DNA of 64,000 bases, taken from positions 36,977 through 100,976 of the IMG/VR virus record IMGVR_UViG_2898571807_000002; one strand, written 5' to 3'. The translations under genes and the position numbers were made by a program. This stretch comes from a virus (lineage: Duplodnaviria > Caudoviricetes). Below, piece after piece: positions 48,383 to 56,054 of this stretch. Under the pieces are notes generated by a model. It did no database searches, was not told where the DNA came from, and saw only the letters and a list, made by a program, of their open reading frames with translations. Numbering within the stretch: position 1 is the first letter of the stretch; the number at the start of each line of letters is the position of its first letter.

Positions 48383-48937
48383 TTATGCGGCCGGGTTCGA
48401 CGGCGCCGTGACCCCGTGGCGCTCCAGGAGTTCGGCCAGCCGGTCGACGCGCTCGGAGATCTCCGCGACGTCCGCCGAGGTGTCCCGGCGGAGCGCCTTG
48501 ATCTCGGCCTGCCGCTGCTCGTCCCGGGCCTCCAACCGACGGATCATGTCGGCGTGCTGACGGAGGCTCATCTCCAGCCCGTCGATCCGCTTCCGCTCCT
48601 CCGGGGTGAGCTTCGACCGGTCCGCGCTGGCGGCCTTGGAGACGGCCTTGCGCATCTGCTTCCGGGACCGGCGGTGGTGTCCGACCGCGAGACGCTCGTG
48701 CTCGTTCGCGGCGGCGATCCTGTACCCGGAACCGCGGACCGTGGCGAGCGTCCGGTGGTCGCACTTCTCCAGCTCGCTGATGCACCGGTAGACGGGCGAC
48801 CGGTCGTCGCGGAAGTCGCGGCCGAGGATCTCGTCCAGGTCGTCGTACGTCAGCACGGTCCCCTCATCGAGGGCCGACACGCGCTGGTAGATGAGCCGCC
48901 ACTCGGGCAGATCACCCTTGGGTTCGAACGGCTTCAC
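48383..48937 (-). CDS. Winged-helix plus coiled-coil accessory protein of the pentamer-array cassette
   Basis: GGAGG RBS before GTG 48937; LTYDDLDEILG...TVRGSGYRI wing motif; C-terminal coiled coil. Confidence 0.75.
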   Translation of the reverse strand: MKPFEPKGDLPEWRLIYQRVSALDEGTVLTYDDLDEILGRDFRDDRSPVYRCISELEKCDHRTLATVRGSGYRIAAANEHERLAVGHHRRSRKQMRKAVSKAASADRSKLTPEERKRIDGLEMSLRQHADMIRRLEARDEQRQAEIKALRRDTSADVAEISERVDRLAELLERHGVTAPSNPAA

Positions 48938-48957
48938 TGTTCCTCCCGATGGTCGTA

Positions 48958-49985
48958 GATCCCTGCCTCGCCTGGCCCGACCTCGCCATGCCTTGCTGAG
49001 CCCATCCGGGCCGTGCGGAGCCGTGCGTGGGCGCCACGGACCCGAACCGTGGTGTCTGCCGGTCGCCCTGAGTTCCCTGCCTCGCCTCGCCGAGCCCGGC
49101 CGCGCCAGACCGCGCCCGGCCTGGCCCCGCCAAGGACGTGGGCGCTCGGGCCTCGAACCCCAGTGGTTGCCGATCGCCCGTGAATCCCTGCCTTGCCGCG
49201 CCCATCCCGGCCTAGCCAGACGGAGCCCGGCATTTCCATGCCTCGCCTTGCCGAGCCTCACCCTGAGGAGAGGGCGGCGCGGGAGTCGAACCCGCGCTGC
49301 GACCGCGCGCCCTGCCTCACCACGCCGAGCCTTGCCCAACCAGGCGCTGCCCAGCCGAACCTTGCCCCGCCGTACAAGGCGGGCCGCGAGGAGTCGAACC
49401 TCACCGAAGACCGTCGGCCCTCCAAGCCCAATTGAGCCGCGCCTGGCCATGCACTGACCTGCCTGGCCATGCCAAACCCAGAACTGCCGCACCCGGCCGT
49501 GCCTTGTCGAAGCTGCCCGGAGGCAGGGGAAGGTCCGGGCCCGAAGCCCCCGACCAACCTCCGTCACCGGATCCGCGCCACACCTCGCCTGACCTCGCCT
49601 GGCCCGACAGTGCCCATCCGCTCCAGACCAGGCCTCGCCCCGATGAGCGGGTGCCGGGGGCTCGAACCCCGGGGCCTGCCTGTCACCCGTTCCTTGCCCG
49701 GGCTTGCCAGGGACTGCCGCGCCCAACCGAGCCATGCCGGAGCCAGCACTGCCGTTGCCCTGCCCAGACCATCCGGGGATGGCGGGAAGCCCCGGGACGT
49801 GCCCGGAGCCAGCCGCCGTCCCCGGAAGCTCGCCACGCCTTGCCGTGCGCTGCCGCGCCCGACCCAGGCTCGCCATGCCACGAGCAGGCGTTGTGTCGTC
49901 CGAGACGGGAGACGAAGAGGAGTCCATGCCGTGCCAAGGCATGCCAAGCCCGGCCAACCCTCGCCCCACCAGACCCCGCCTCGCC
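48958..49985 (-). ncRNA. Array of nine GGY-NN pentamer tracts separated by hairpins / tRNA-like T-arm elements (putative guide-RNA array)
   Basis: Tracts at 49921-49985, 49830-49879, 49689-49738, 49570-49639, 49424-49503, 49312-49371, 49183-49262, 49072-49131 and 48958-49022, each 10-16 pentamers in strict 5-nt register. Confidence 0.85.
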
Positions 49986-49989
49986 ATGA

Positions 49990-50568
49990 TCAGATCTCCT
50001 CGACCTCAGCCGCGAAGCGCCCGTACATCGACCTGAAATCGCCGAGACCTTCGAGTTCGCCAGCCAGGCGTGCGACCTCCTTGAACTCGTCCGGGTCGAT
50101 GGCCTTCGGGTCGATCACGATCTCTGCCTCGATCGCCCACTCCCGGAAGATCGGACGGCACCGGTCGACCTTGTTCCGCTGCACCGTCACGGGGCGGATG
50201 TCGACGTACTCCGACTCGCCGCCGCCCCACAGCCCGTCCACGGTCCGGGGGCCGTCGTAGATCAACGGGCACTGGAAGTCCGCGATGGACACGCCCCGCT
50301 CGACCTTCTTGCCGGCCTTGTTCAGCCGGGCCCCGCCGACGAGGGAACGGAAGAGGTTCTGGCCGGGGATGTACGGGCCGACCACGTCGTCGAAGTACAG
50401 GGACCCCTCGAACTCGACGCGGGCGATCTCCATGCGGTCCTCGTCGGTCTTGGTCCGCTTGGAGTTGAGCGCCTTCAGCCGCTTGGCGTACGGGTTGAGG
50501 GGCGAGGCCAACTGCACGTTGTGCAGCAGCAGAGGGCGAGTGCCCGTCGCCGTGAGCCGAACCTTCAT
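49990..50568 (-). CDS. Stand-alone RAMP/Cas7-like protein (putative RNA-guided effector)
   Basis: N-terminal strand VRLTATGTRPLLLHN, PYIPGQNLFRSL (compare RAMP PxIPGSSLKG), RCRPIFREW, C-terminal Gly-rich loop GLGDFRSMYGRF; AGGAGG RBS. Confidence 0.75.
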   Translation of the reverse strand: MKVRLTATGTRPLLLHNVQLASPLNPYAKRLKALNSKRTKTDEDRMEIARVEFEGSLYFDDVVGPYIPGQNLFRSLVGGARLNKAGKKVERGVSIADFQCPLIYDGPRTVDGLWGGGESEYVDIRPVTVQRNKVDRCRPIFREWAIEAEIVIDPKAIDPDEFKEVARLAGELEGLGDFRSMYGRFAAEVEEI

Positions 50569-50593
50569 GCGATGATTCCTCCTGTCGATGGAG

Positions 50594-50624
50594 CGGGACC
50601 CCGGACATTCCGGGGTCCCGTTTT
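50594..50624 (+). terminator. GC-rich hairpin with T-tail
   Basis: CGGGACCCCGG-ACATT-CCGGGGTCCCG followed by TTTT; 11-bp perfect stem. Confidence 0.6.
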
Positions 50625-50634
50625 CACTTGTTGA

Positions 50635-50694
50635 GCTCCCTGCCGCGCCGAACCCGGGCAGGCCATGCCACTCCGCGCACCAGCCAGCACCGCC
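50635..50694 (-). repeat. Leader GGY-NN pentamer tract upstream of the RAMP-like gene
   Basis: GGAGT GGCAT GGCCT GCCCG GGTTC GGCGC GGCAG GGAGC. Confidence 0.7.
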
Positions 50695-50739
50695 CTGTCA
50701 TGCGACGTGCTTGTCCAGGGGTGACTCCGCAGACGGATC

Positions 50740-50842
50740 GAGAGTACTCGTTAATCTGATCTGAGTACAGGTTTATAGAACAGGAATAAGATACAGGGCG
50801 TAGAATCGGGTACAAGGGACACGATCTGGCAACCTCGGACCC
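50740..50842. promoter_or_regulatory. AT-rich divergent promoter region
   Basis: AT-rich island; minus strand TTGTAC-N16-TATCTT and TATAAA; plus strand TAGAAT. Confidence 0.55.
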
Positions 50843-51067
50843 GTGGAGGAAAGGGTGAAGACACGACTGCGGGAGGCCGCTGTGGCATACAAGGCCGCAC
50901 CTATTGAGCTGCGAGACGCCATCCTCGAAGCCGCCGACGACGGGGCGACCGACGCTGAGATCGCCGTTGAGATCGACCTGACCTACTCGCCCGACTACGT
51001 GGGCCGGCTGATCCGTAAGTACCGCGGTCCCCGCAAGCGCGGACGACGCCCCTCCTCTGAGTCTTGA
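50843..51067 (+). CDS. Small HTH regulator divergent from the RAMP/array cassette
   Basis: LRDAILEAADDGATDAEIA...YSPDYVGRLIR; one of few plus-strand genes. Confidence 0.7.
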   Translation: MEERVKTRLREAAVAYKAAPIELRDAILEAADDGATDAEIAVEIDLTYSPDYVGRLIRKYRGPRKRGRRPSSES

Positions 51068-51069
51068 CC

Positions 51070-51498
51070 TCACGCCGCCCCCTCTCCCCTGCCGAGCGAG
51101 GCGAGGCGGGTCTCGGAGATGCAGTACTGGCAGCGGGCCTTGCGGCCGTCCGGCTTGGTCGCGTCCCGGTGGAACACCCGCAGCGGCAACACCTCACGGC
51201 ATGACGTGCAGCGCTTCATGCCCTCGGGGATGATGCGGAGGATCTGGGCGTACTGCTCTGGGGTGACGTGTGGTCCGAACGACCACGCGAGAAGGTCTGT
51301 CGCGGGGACGTCGACGGGGGTCATCGCGGCGAGAGCAACGCACAAGGCCATGACGCGGGTCCAGTCACCGGCTTCGGCGAGTGGGGCGAGGACTTCTGCG
51401 GCGCCTTCTTGGTCGCGGTCGTGGACGACGATCGCCAGGCGCATCGCCGTCGGTAGGAGTTCCTCGACGAGGGCGTCGAGCTCGTGTGGGGCGGTCAC
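51070..51498 (-). CDS. Hypothetical protein with C-terminal Zn finger
   Basis: KRCTSCREVLPLRVFH...DGRKARCQYC. Confidence 0.65.
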   Translation of the reverse strand: MTAPHELDALVEELLPTAMRLAIVVHDRDQEGAAEVLAPLAEAGDWTRVMALCVALAAMTPVDVPATDLLAWSFGPHVTPEQYAQILRIIPEGMKRCTSCREVLPLRVFHRDATKPDGRKARCQYCISETRLASLGRGEGAA

Positions 51499-52154
51499 GC
51501 CGCATTCCTCTGCCGTCGGCGCAGCCACTTGCGGCGCGCTTCCTGGCGCACCTCTTCACCGAGCCCGCCCCATACGCCGTGGGCCTCGTTGTTGGTGAAC
51601 GCCCACTCCAAACACTCGTCGCGGACCGGGCAGTACATGCACACCTCGGCGGCCTCACGCTCCCGGGCGGCGCGCTCGTAGTTGCGTTCGCCGACAGGAC
51701 CGAAGAACAGGAGGAGGTCCATGCGCCGGCACGCGGCTTGGTCGTGCCAGGAGAAGCTCGGCCGTCCCGGACTGGCGGCCGGGCGGGGTGCGGGCTTCCG
51801 CGGCGGCGGTGTGGGCGCCGTGGCGGGTTCGTCGGTGTACGGGTCGTGGCCGGGGAGCGCGAGGACGTCCAGCGCGACGCGGAGCCAGTCGGCGTCCCGC
51901 CCGTGGTCGGGGTGCGTGCACACGGTGACGTTGTTGGCGGGGTCGAGTTCGCACGGGTGCTGCAACGCCAGGTCCGCAGCCTTCGTCGCGGCCTCCCGAC
52001 GCTCGGCGGCCTCGACCGTGTCCTCCACCGCTGGCATCGTCAGCAGCGGAGTCGCCATGTCCAGGTGCTTGCCCGCGAGAGGTTTCGCCTCGGCCTGGCG
52101 AACGGCGTGAACAGTAGCGACCTGGGCGTCCACCGGCCCCGTGCGGGTCCTCAT
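51495..52154 (-). CDS. whiB: WhiB family transcription factor
   Basis: WHDQAAC...FF...VCMYCPVRDECLEWA...GVWGGL. Confidence 0.9.
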   Translation of the reverse strand: MRTRTGPVDAQVATVHAVRQAEAKPLAGKHLDMATPLLTMPAVEDTVEAAERREAATKAADLALQHPCELDPANNVTVCTHPDHGRDADWLRVALDVLALPGHDPYTDEPATAPTPPPRKPAPRPAASPGRPSFSWHDQAACRRMDLLLFFGPVGERNYERAAREREAAEVCMYCPVRDECLEWAFTNNEAHGVWGGLGEEVRQEARRKWLRRRQRNAA

Positions 52155-53251
52155 CAGGCCACCGCCGTGCGGGTGTCGGGGAACTCGGTCCAAGTGCGGC
52201 CGTCGAGTTCGCGGCCCGCGCGCTTCTTCCCGAGCCGGAACACGATCTGCGAGCCCTCGCCCCACGGACCGGCGTAGTTCGTGGGGTAGCCGAGGTCCTC
52301 GTTGAACCAGACGTGGCCGGTCTCGCCGTCCGGGTTTATGAACGTGTCGCCGGGGCCCTCCTCGCCCTCGGGATGCCCGGCGCCGAGTCCCCAGGCACCC
52401 CACTGCTTGAAGAAGAACGAGACACCGGCGGCGGTGCACTGGTCGCGGAGGTCGCGCGCCCAGTCGGGGTGCATGGGCCGGGCGCCGGGACCGGACTCGC
52501 CGCCCACCACAACCCAGTCCAGGCGCGCCTCCGCCTTCATCGGCACCTGCCAGCGGCCGGGCACTCCGTACCGCTGGTTGAGGACGTCCCAGACCAGTTC
52601 GGGCTGCTGCTTGTTCGGGCGGCCGATCCGCGTCAGGTCGACCGGCCCGAGGAGCGGCTCTGCCGAGATCCACCGGACGGCGGCCGGGGTGTCGAGCAGT
52701 GCAGGGATGCGGAGGTTTGCGCGCTTCTGGTCCTCTACCGAGACACCCAGCCACAGATTCGGAAGCGGCCACTGCGGAATGAAGTCGCGCTCGTCCCCGA
52801 CGAGTGCGTCGACGGCGTCCTGGAAACTCTCGACGAAGTCCGGGGAGTTCAGCAGCGACCGCATCCGCCCGTGGCGCTTGGTGAGGATTTGGTACGTGTG
52901 CTGCGGCGTGGCCGCCATGACCGCGAACACGCGGGCGATGAAGTTCTCAGAGACACCGTCGTGGAACAAGTCGGCGAGACTGTTGACGAACACCTTGCGG
53001 GGTTTGCGCCAGCGGAGCGGCTGGGCAAGTCGCTCGGGCAGGAGGTTGATCCTTCCCGTCCAGTCGGTGCCCTGCTCGGTTCGTTCGGTCAGGCCAGCGA
53101 ACGCTTCGGCGACACGAGGGTGCGGGTTGGCAGCGCGGATGTGGGCCTGGGTGATCGCGTAGCAGTGGTCGCACCCGGGCGAGACCCGGTCGCAGCCGAG
53201 GACAGGGCCCCAGGTGGTGTCCGCCCATTCGATAGAGGTGTTGTCGCTCAT
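52154..53251 (-). CDS. DUF5131 (Gp37/Gp68) radical-SAM-like protein
   Basis: TSIEWADTTW...GCDRVSPGCDHCYA...FVNSLADLFH...WVVVGGESG...FFFKQWG. Confidence 0.9.
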   Translation of the reverse strand: MSDNTSIEWADTTWGPVLGCDRVSPGCDHCYAITQAHIRAANPHPRVAEAFAGLTERTEQGTDWTGRINLLPERLAQPLRWRKPRKVFVNSLADLFHDGVSENFIARVFAVMAATPQHTYQILTKRHGRMRSLLNSPDFVESFQDAVDALVGDERDFIPQWPLPNLWLGVSVEDQKRANLRIPALLDTPAAVRWISAEPLLGPVDLTRIGRPNKQQPELVWDVLNQRYGVPGRWQVPMKAEARLDWVVVGGESGPGARPMHPDWARDLRDQCTAAGVSFFFKQWGAWGLGAGHPEGEEGPGDTFINPDGETGHVWFNEDLGYPTNYAGPWGEGSQIVFRLGKKRAGRELDGRTWTEFPDTRTAVA

Positions 53252-53586
53252 GAGGGGTCTCCCGTGGTGCCGGTGATGGAGCGGGCAAGACGGACATGCG
53301 GGCACTCGTCCTCAGGCCACGTGCAGTCGTAGGCGCTGTGGGCGTCGGCGTGGTCGTCGAGCGCGTCGGCGAGGGGCTCGGCCTTGTCGGGGCCCATCAG
53401 CGCGATCCAGTCCGCGACCGGCTTCCTGGCCGCACTGGTGACGAGGTGGGGCGCGGGCGTGCCGACGAGCCACCATCCGTTGAACTCGGGCTCGATGTGC
53501 CACGGCGCGGGGTGGCCCTCGGTGGCCTTGCTCGCCGTCTCGCGCACCAGCCGGGCGGCGGTGCGCAGTTCCTCGGCAGCGGTCAT
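53248..53586 (-). CDS. Hypothetical protein (Ead-like)
   Basis: EELRTAARLVRE...PW...ADWIALMGP. Confidence 0.6.
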   Translation of the reverse strand: MTAAEELRTAARLVRETASKATEGHPAPWHIEPEFNGWWLVGTPAPHLVTSAARKPVADWIALMGPDKAEPLADALDDHADAHSAYDCTWPEDECPHVRLARSITGTTGDPS

Positions 53587-54050
53587 GCCGGGTCTCCCGT
53601 GGTGTCGTTCACGGAACGGGCGAGGACGTCATCGATGCCGTACTGGGCGCGGGCGATGGCGAGAGCAGCCGTCCAGACACGGGCCGGGGTGCCCTCGGCG
53701 ACCGCGTCGAGGAGGTCGGCCAGCTGGTCCTTGCCGGGCAGGCAGTTGTAGGGGTTGCGCAACAGGTGGACGGCGGCGCGTAGCACCTGTGTGGGCGCGG
53801 TACCGCCCGTCCCGGTGACGTGCGCCCAGTCGTCCGCGACCTCACCCGGATTGATCAACACCGGGGTCGTCTGGCCAGCCGCCCGATACAAAGCAGCGAC
53901 CATCTCCGGCACGGCGTCCGGAAGGACACGCACGGCGATGGAGTTGCCGTCGAACGCGTCGTAGGAGACGACGCGGACCCCACCTGCCTGCGCGGGAAGG
54001 ATCTGGAGGGAGTCGCCGTCCGGGTCGGCGTAGGAGTACGGGACGGTCAC
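53583..54050 (-). CDS. Hypothetical protein
   Basis: Coupled ORF with GGAGG RBS. Confidence 0.55.
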   Translation of the reverse strand: MTVPYSYADPDGDSLQILPAQAGGVRVVSYDAFDGNSIAVRVLPDAVPEMVAALYRAAGQTTPVLINPGEVADDWAHVTGTGGTAPTQVLRAAVHLLRNPYNCLPGKDQLADLLDAVAEGTPARVWTAALAIARAQYGIDDVLARSVNDTTGDPA

Positions 54051-54565
54051 GACGCGTTCGCCTCCTCGGCTTCGAGGAGCGCGTAGTACTCCGACAACTT
54101 GATCCGGTCCCACACGTTGGGGTCGATGTAGGAGCCGTCGCCCTTGTCGATCTCATCGGGCCAGGTGACGTACACGGCGTCGCCGTGCGGGGCGATCCCG
54201 CAGCGCATGAACGTGTGCTTGGCGAATGCGACGTCAGGCATGCCGCCGGGCAGGTCGCGGCGCGGGTCAGGACGGCGCAGGTCGTCCAGGCGTTTCCCGA
54301 TCTCCTTACCAACGGCGGTGCGGCGGGCCGGGGCGATCGACCCGGCGAGGTCGCGGTTGCGGCGCCAGCCCTCCGGCGGTTCGCCGTCGTACTCCACGCC
54401 GACGACGCGGGTCTCGCCCTTCAGCACCAGGCGGCAGCCCGCAAGACCGAGATCGGTCAGGGTCTCCTCGACGCGGGCACGCCACGCCTGCTGCGCCTCG
54501 GCCGAACCGGTGTTGCGCCAGTGATCGAGGACGTCCGGGTGAGTGCTCCGGTAAACGATCTTCAC
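54047..54565 (-). CDS. Hypothetical protein
   Basis: Coupled ORF ending IKLSEYYALLE. Confidence 0.6.
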   Translation of the reverse strand: MKIVYRSTHPDVLDHWRNTGSAEAQQAWRARVEETLTDLGLAGCRLVLKGETRVVGVEYDGEPPEGWRRNRDLAGSIAPARRTAVGKEIGKRLDDLRRPDPRRDLPGGMPDVAFAKHTFMRCGIAPHGDAVYVTWPDEIDKGDGSYIDPNVWDRIKLSEYYALLEAEEANAS

Positions 54566-54933
54566 GACGCCCCCGCCGCGCCCACGTTGTGGAGGACCCG
54601 CGCGACTGCCGCGTACGACACGTAACCGGCCTGTGTCCGCGCCACCTTGTCGGCCTCGGCCGGGGGCAGCGGGTGCGGGTTCTCGCGGGCGTCCAGGTCG
54701 TCGGCGAAGCCTTCGTTGTCGCCGCCGGAGACCTGGCAGCGCGAGCAGACGAACCGGTCACCGAAGCGGCGCCAGCCGCCGTGCTCCCCGAGTCCCTTGT
54801 TGAACTCCTCGGTGATGGACTCGGTGTTCGGCCAGTGGACGACGCCGGAGTAGTCGTCCTCGACGTCGTCGCGGAACGGCTTGTTACAGCGCGAGCAGTG
54901 GAGGATGACGCACACGATCGTCTCGGTGATCAC
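54562..54933 (-). CDS. Zn-binding hypothetical protein
   Basis: CSRC...GW...CSRC. Confidence 0.55.
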   Translation of the reverse strand: MITETIVCVILHCSRCNKPFRDDVEDDYSGVVHWPNTESITEEFNKGLGEHGGWRRFGDRFVCSRCQVSGGDNEGFADDLDARENPHPLPPAEADKVARTQAGYVSYAAVARVLHNVGAAGAS

Positions 54934-55358
54934 GACGCGCGCTCCTCGACGTTGAAGCGGCGGAGCACCTGCCGGGCAAGCTCCTCTGGGCTGGCGTCCA
55001 TCTCGTCGTCGAAGAACTCAGCGAGCATCTCGACCTGCGCAGGGTCGGGCTCGTTCTCCGCGTCCTCCGCCATCTCCGCGAGGACCCGTGCGAGGAGTCG
55101 CGCCGTCGTCGCGTTCAGTTCGCAGCCGAAGAGGTGGATAGTTCCACGGATGCGGTTCACCTTGACACCGTTGACGTGGTGCACGGTGCGGTCGGCGCCG
55201 TGCCAGTTGAGCCGCTCCAACACGATCGGCGGCGTCTGGTCGTTGACCTCGTAGCAGAACTTGAGGATCTGCGGACCAGCGGCGAGCGCTTCGGCCTTGG
55301 TTACAGCGGCGCCGATCTGGACCATGCCGTCGTACTCGCGGAGGGTATGCACACTCAT
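54930..55358 (-). CDS. Hypothetical protein
   Basis: Coupled ORF. Confidence 0.55.
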   Translation of the reverse strand: MSVHTLREYDGMVQIGAAVTKAEALAAGPQILKFCYEVNDQTPPIVLERLNWHGADRTVHHVNGVKVNRIRGTIHLFGCELNATTARLLARVLAEMAEDAENEPDPAQVEMLAEFFDDEMDASPEELARQVLRRFNVEERAS

Positions 55359-55873
55359 GAGGGGTTCTCCGGGTTGAGGGGTTCGAGTTCGGTGATGATC
55401 AAGACGACGCGGCCCTTCGGAAACGGGGCACCGATGCTCATGTGCGGGCCGTCGACACGGGTGTGGTCGTCGTCGGCGAAGACACCGGCGTCCACGAAAC
55501 CGTCGATCAGCGCTTTGTAGGTCGGGTACCAGTTGCCTGCGTCGCGGCGGCGGGAGTCCGGCGGCTCGTAGATCGCGTCGATGCGGGCGCGTTCGAGCCC
55601 GGGGATCTTCAGGTAGCGGGCCATGACGTGCGCGTCGGAGCGGAGCTGCCGGGTGATGCGGTTCCGTTTCGACCAGTGGATCCGGTCATTGGCGTTCAGC
55701 AGGTCCTGCCCGGGCGGCATCTCCACGCGCCACGCGCGGTCGAGGAACGTGGGCCGGGCAGGCGGGGTGTCACCATCGGGGGCCGGCGGCCCCGCCTGCC
55801 CGACGTTGGAGGCCCCGCCCGCCGCGGTGAAGGCGGCACGCGGCGAGCGGGACGACACGGGGCGGGGACTCAC
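55355..55873 (-). CDS. RusA-like Holliday junction resolvase
   Basis: LNANDRIHW...RRRDAGNWYPTYKALIDGFVDAGVFADDD. Confidence 0.8.
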   Translation of the reverse strand: MSPRPVSSRSPRAAFTAAGGASNVGQAGPPAPDGDTPPARPTFLDRAWRVEMPPGQDLLNANDRIHWSKRNRITRQLRSDAHVMARYLKIPGLERARIDAIYEPPDSRRRDAGNWYPTYKALIDGFVDAGVFADDDHTRVDGPHMSIGAPFPKGRVVLIITELEPLNPENPS

Positions 55874-56054
55874 GACTGCCCCGCCTTCTCCACCCGGGAA
55901 GGGGCCTGTGTGAACCCGGCTTCCAGGTGGCTGATCACTTCTTGCCGGGGCGCACCGTTCTCCAGGAGCGACACCGCCACGTTCGCGGCGTTCCGCAGGG
56001 CCAACTGCTGCAGGCGAAGCCGCCGGTTCTCCTCGCGGAGCTGTTCGAGCTCGG

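Noticed and set aside
49029-49689. tRNA genes suggested by GGTTCGA T-loop motifs
   Set aside because: The elements are only about 40 nt, with no D-arm or anticodon arm, so they are tRNA-like processing signals at most
48958-49985. Canonical CRISPR array
   Set aside because: No identical 25-45 bp direct repeats, and no cas1, cas2 or cas6; the periodicity is 5 nt
48383-49987. 534-aa ORF running through the pentamer array into the winged-helix gene
   Set aside because: The N-terminal 350 aa are Arg/Gly/Ala low-complexity translation of GGYNN repeats, which rarely contain stops. A clear GGAGG RBS and GTG at 48937 mark the real start. Translation is not formally excluded.
50624-51073. 149-aa minus-strand ORF
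   Set aside because: It is antisense to the HTH gene and crosses the promoter and leader tract; no protein-like features
51280-51303. Possible self-target of tract T4 (GA CT CT GC TG matches codons D-L-L-A-W of the 51070-51498 gene under an NNx code)
   Set aside because: Only the first five dinucleotides match and the rest do not; compatible with chance
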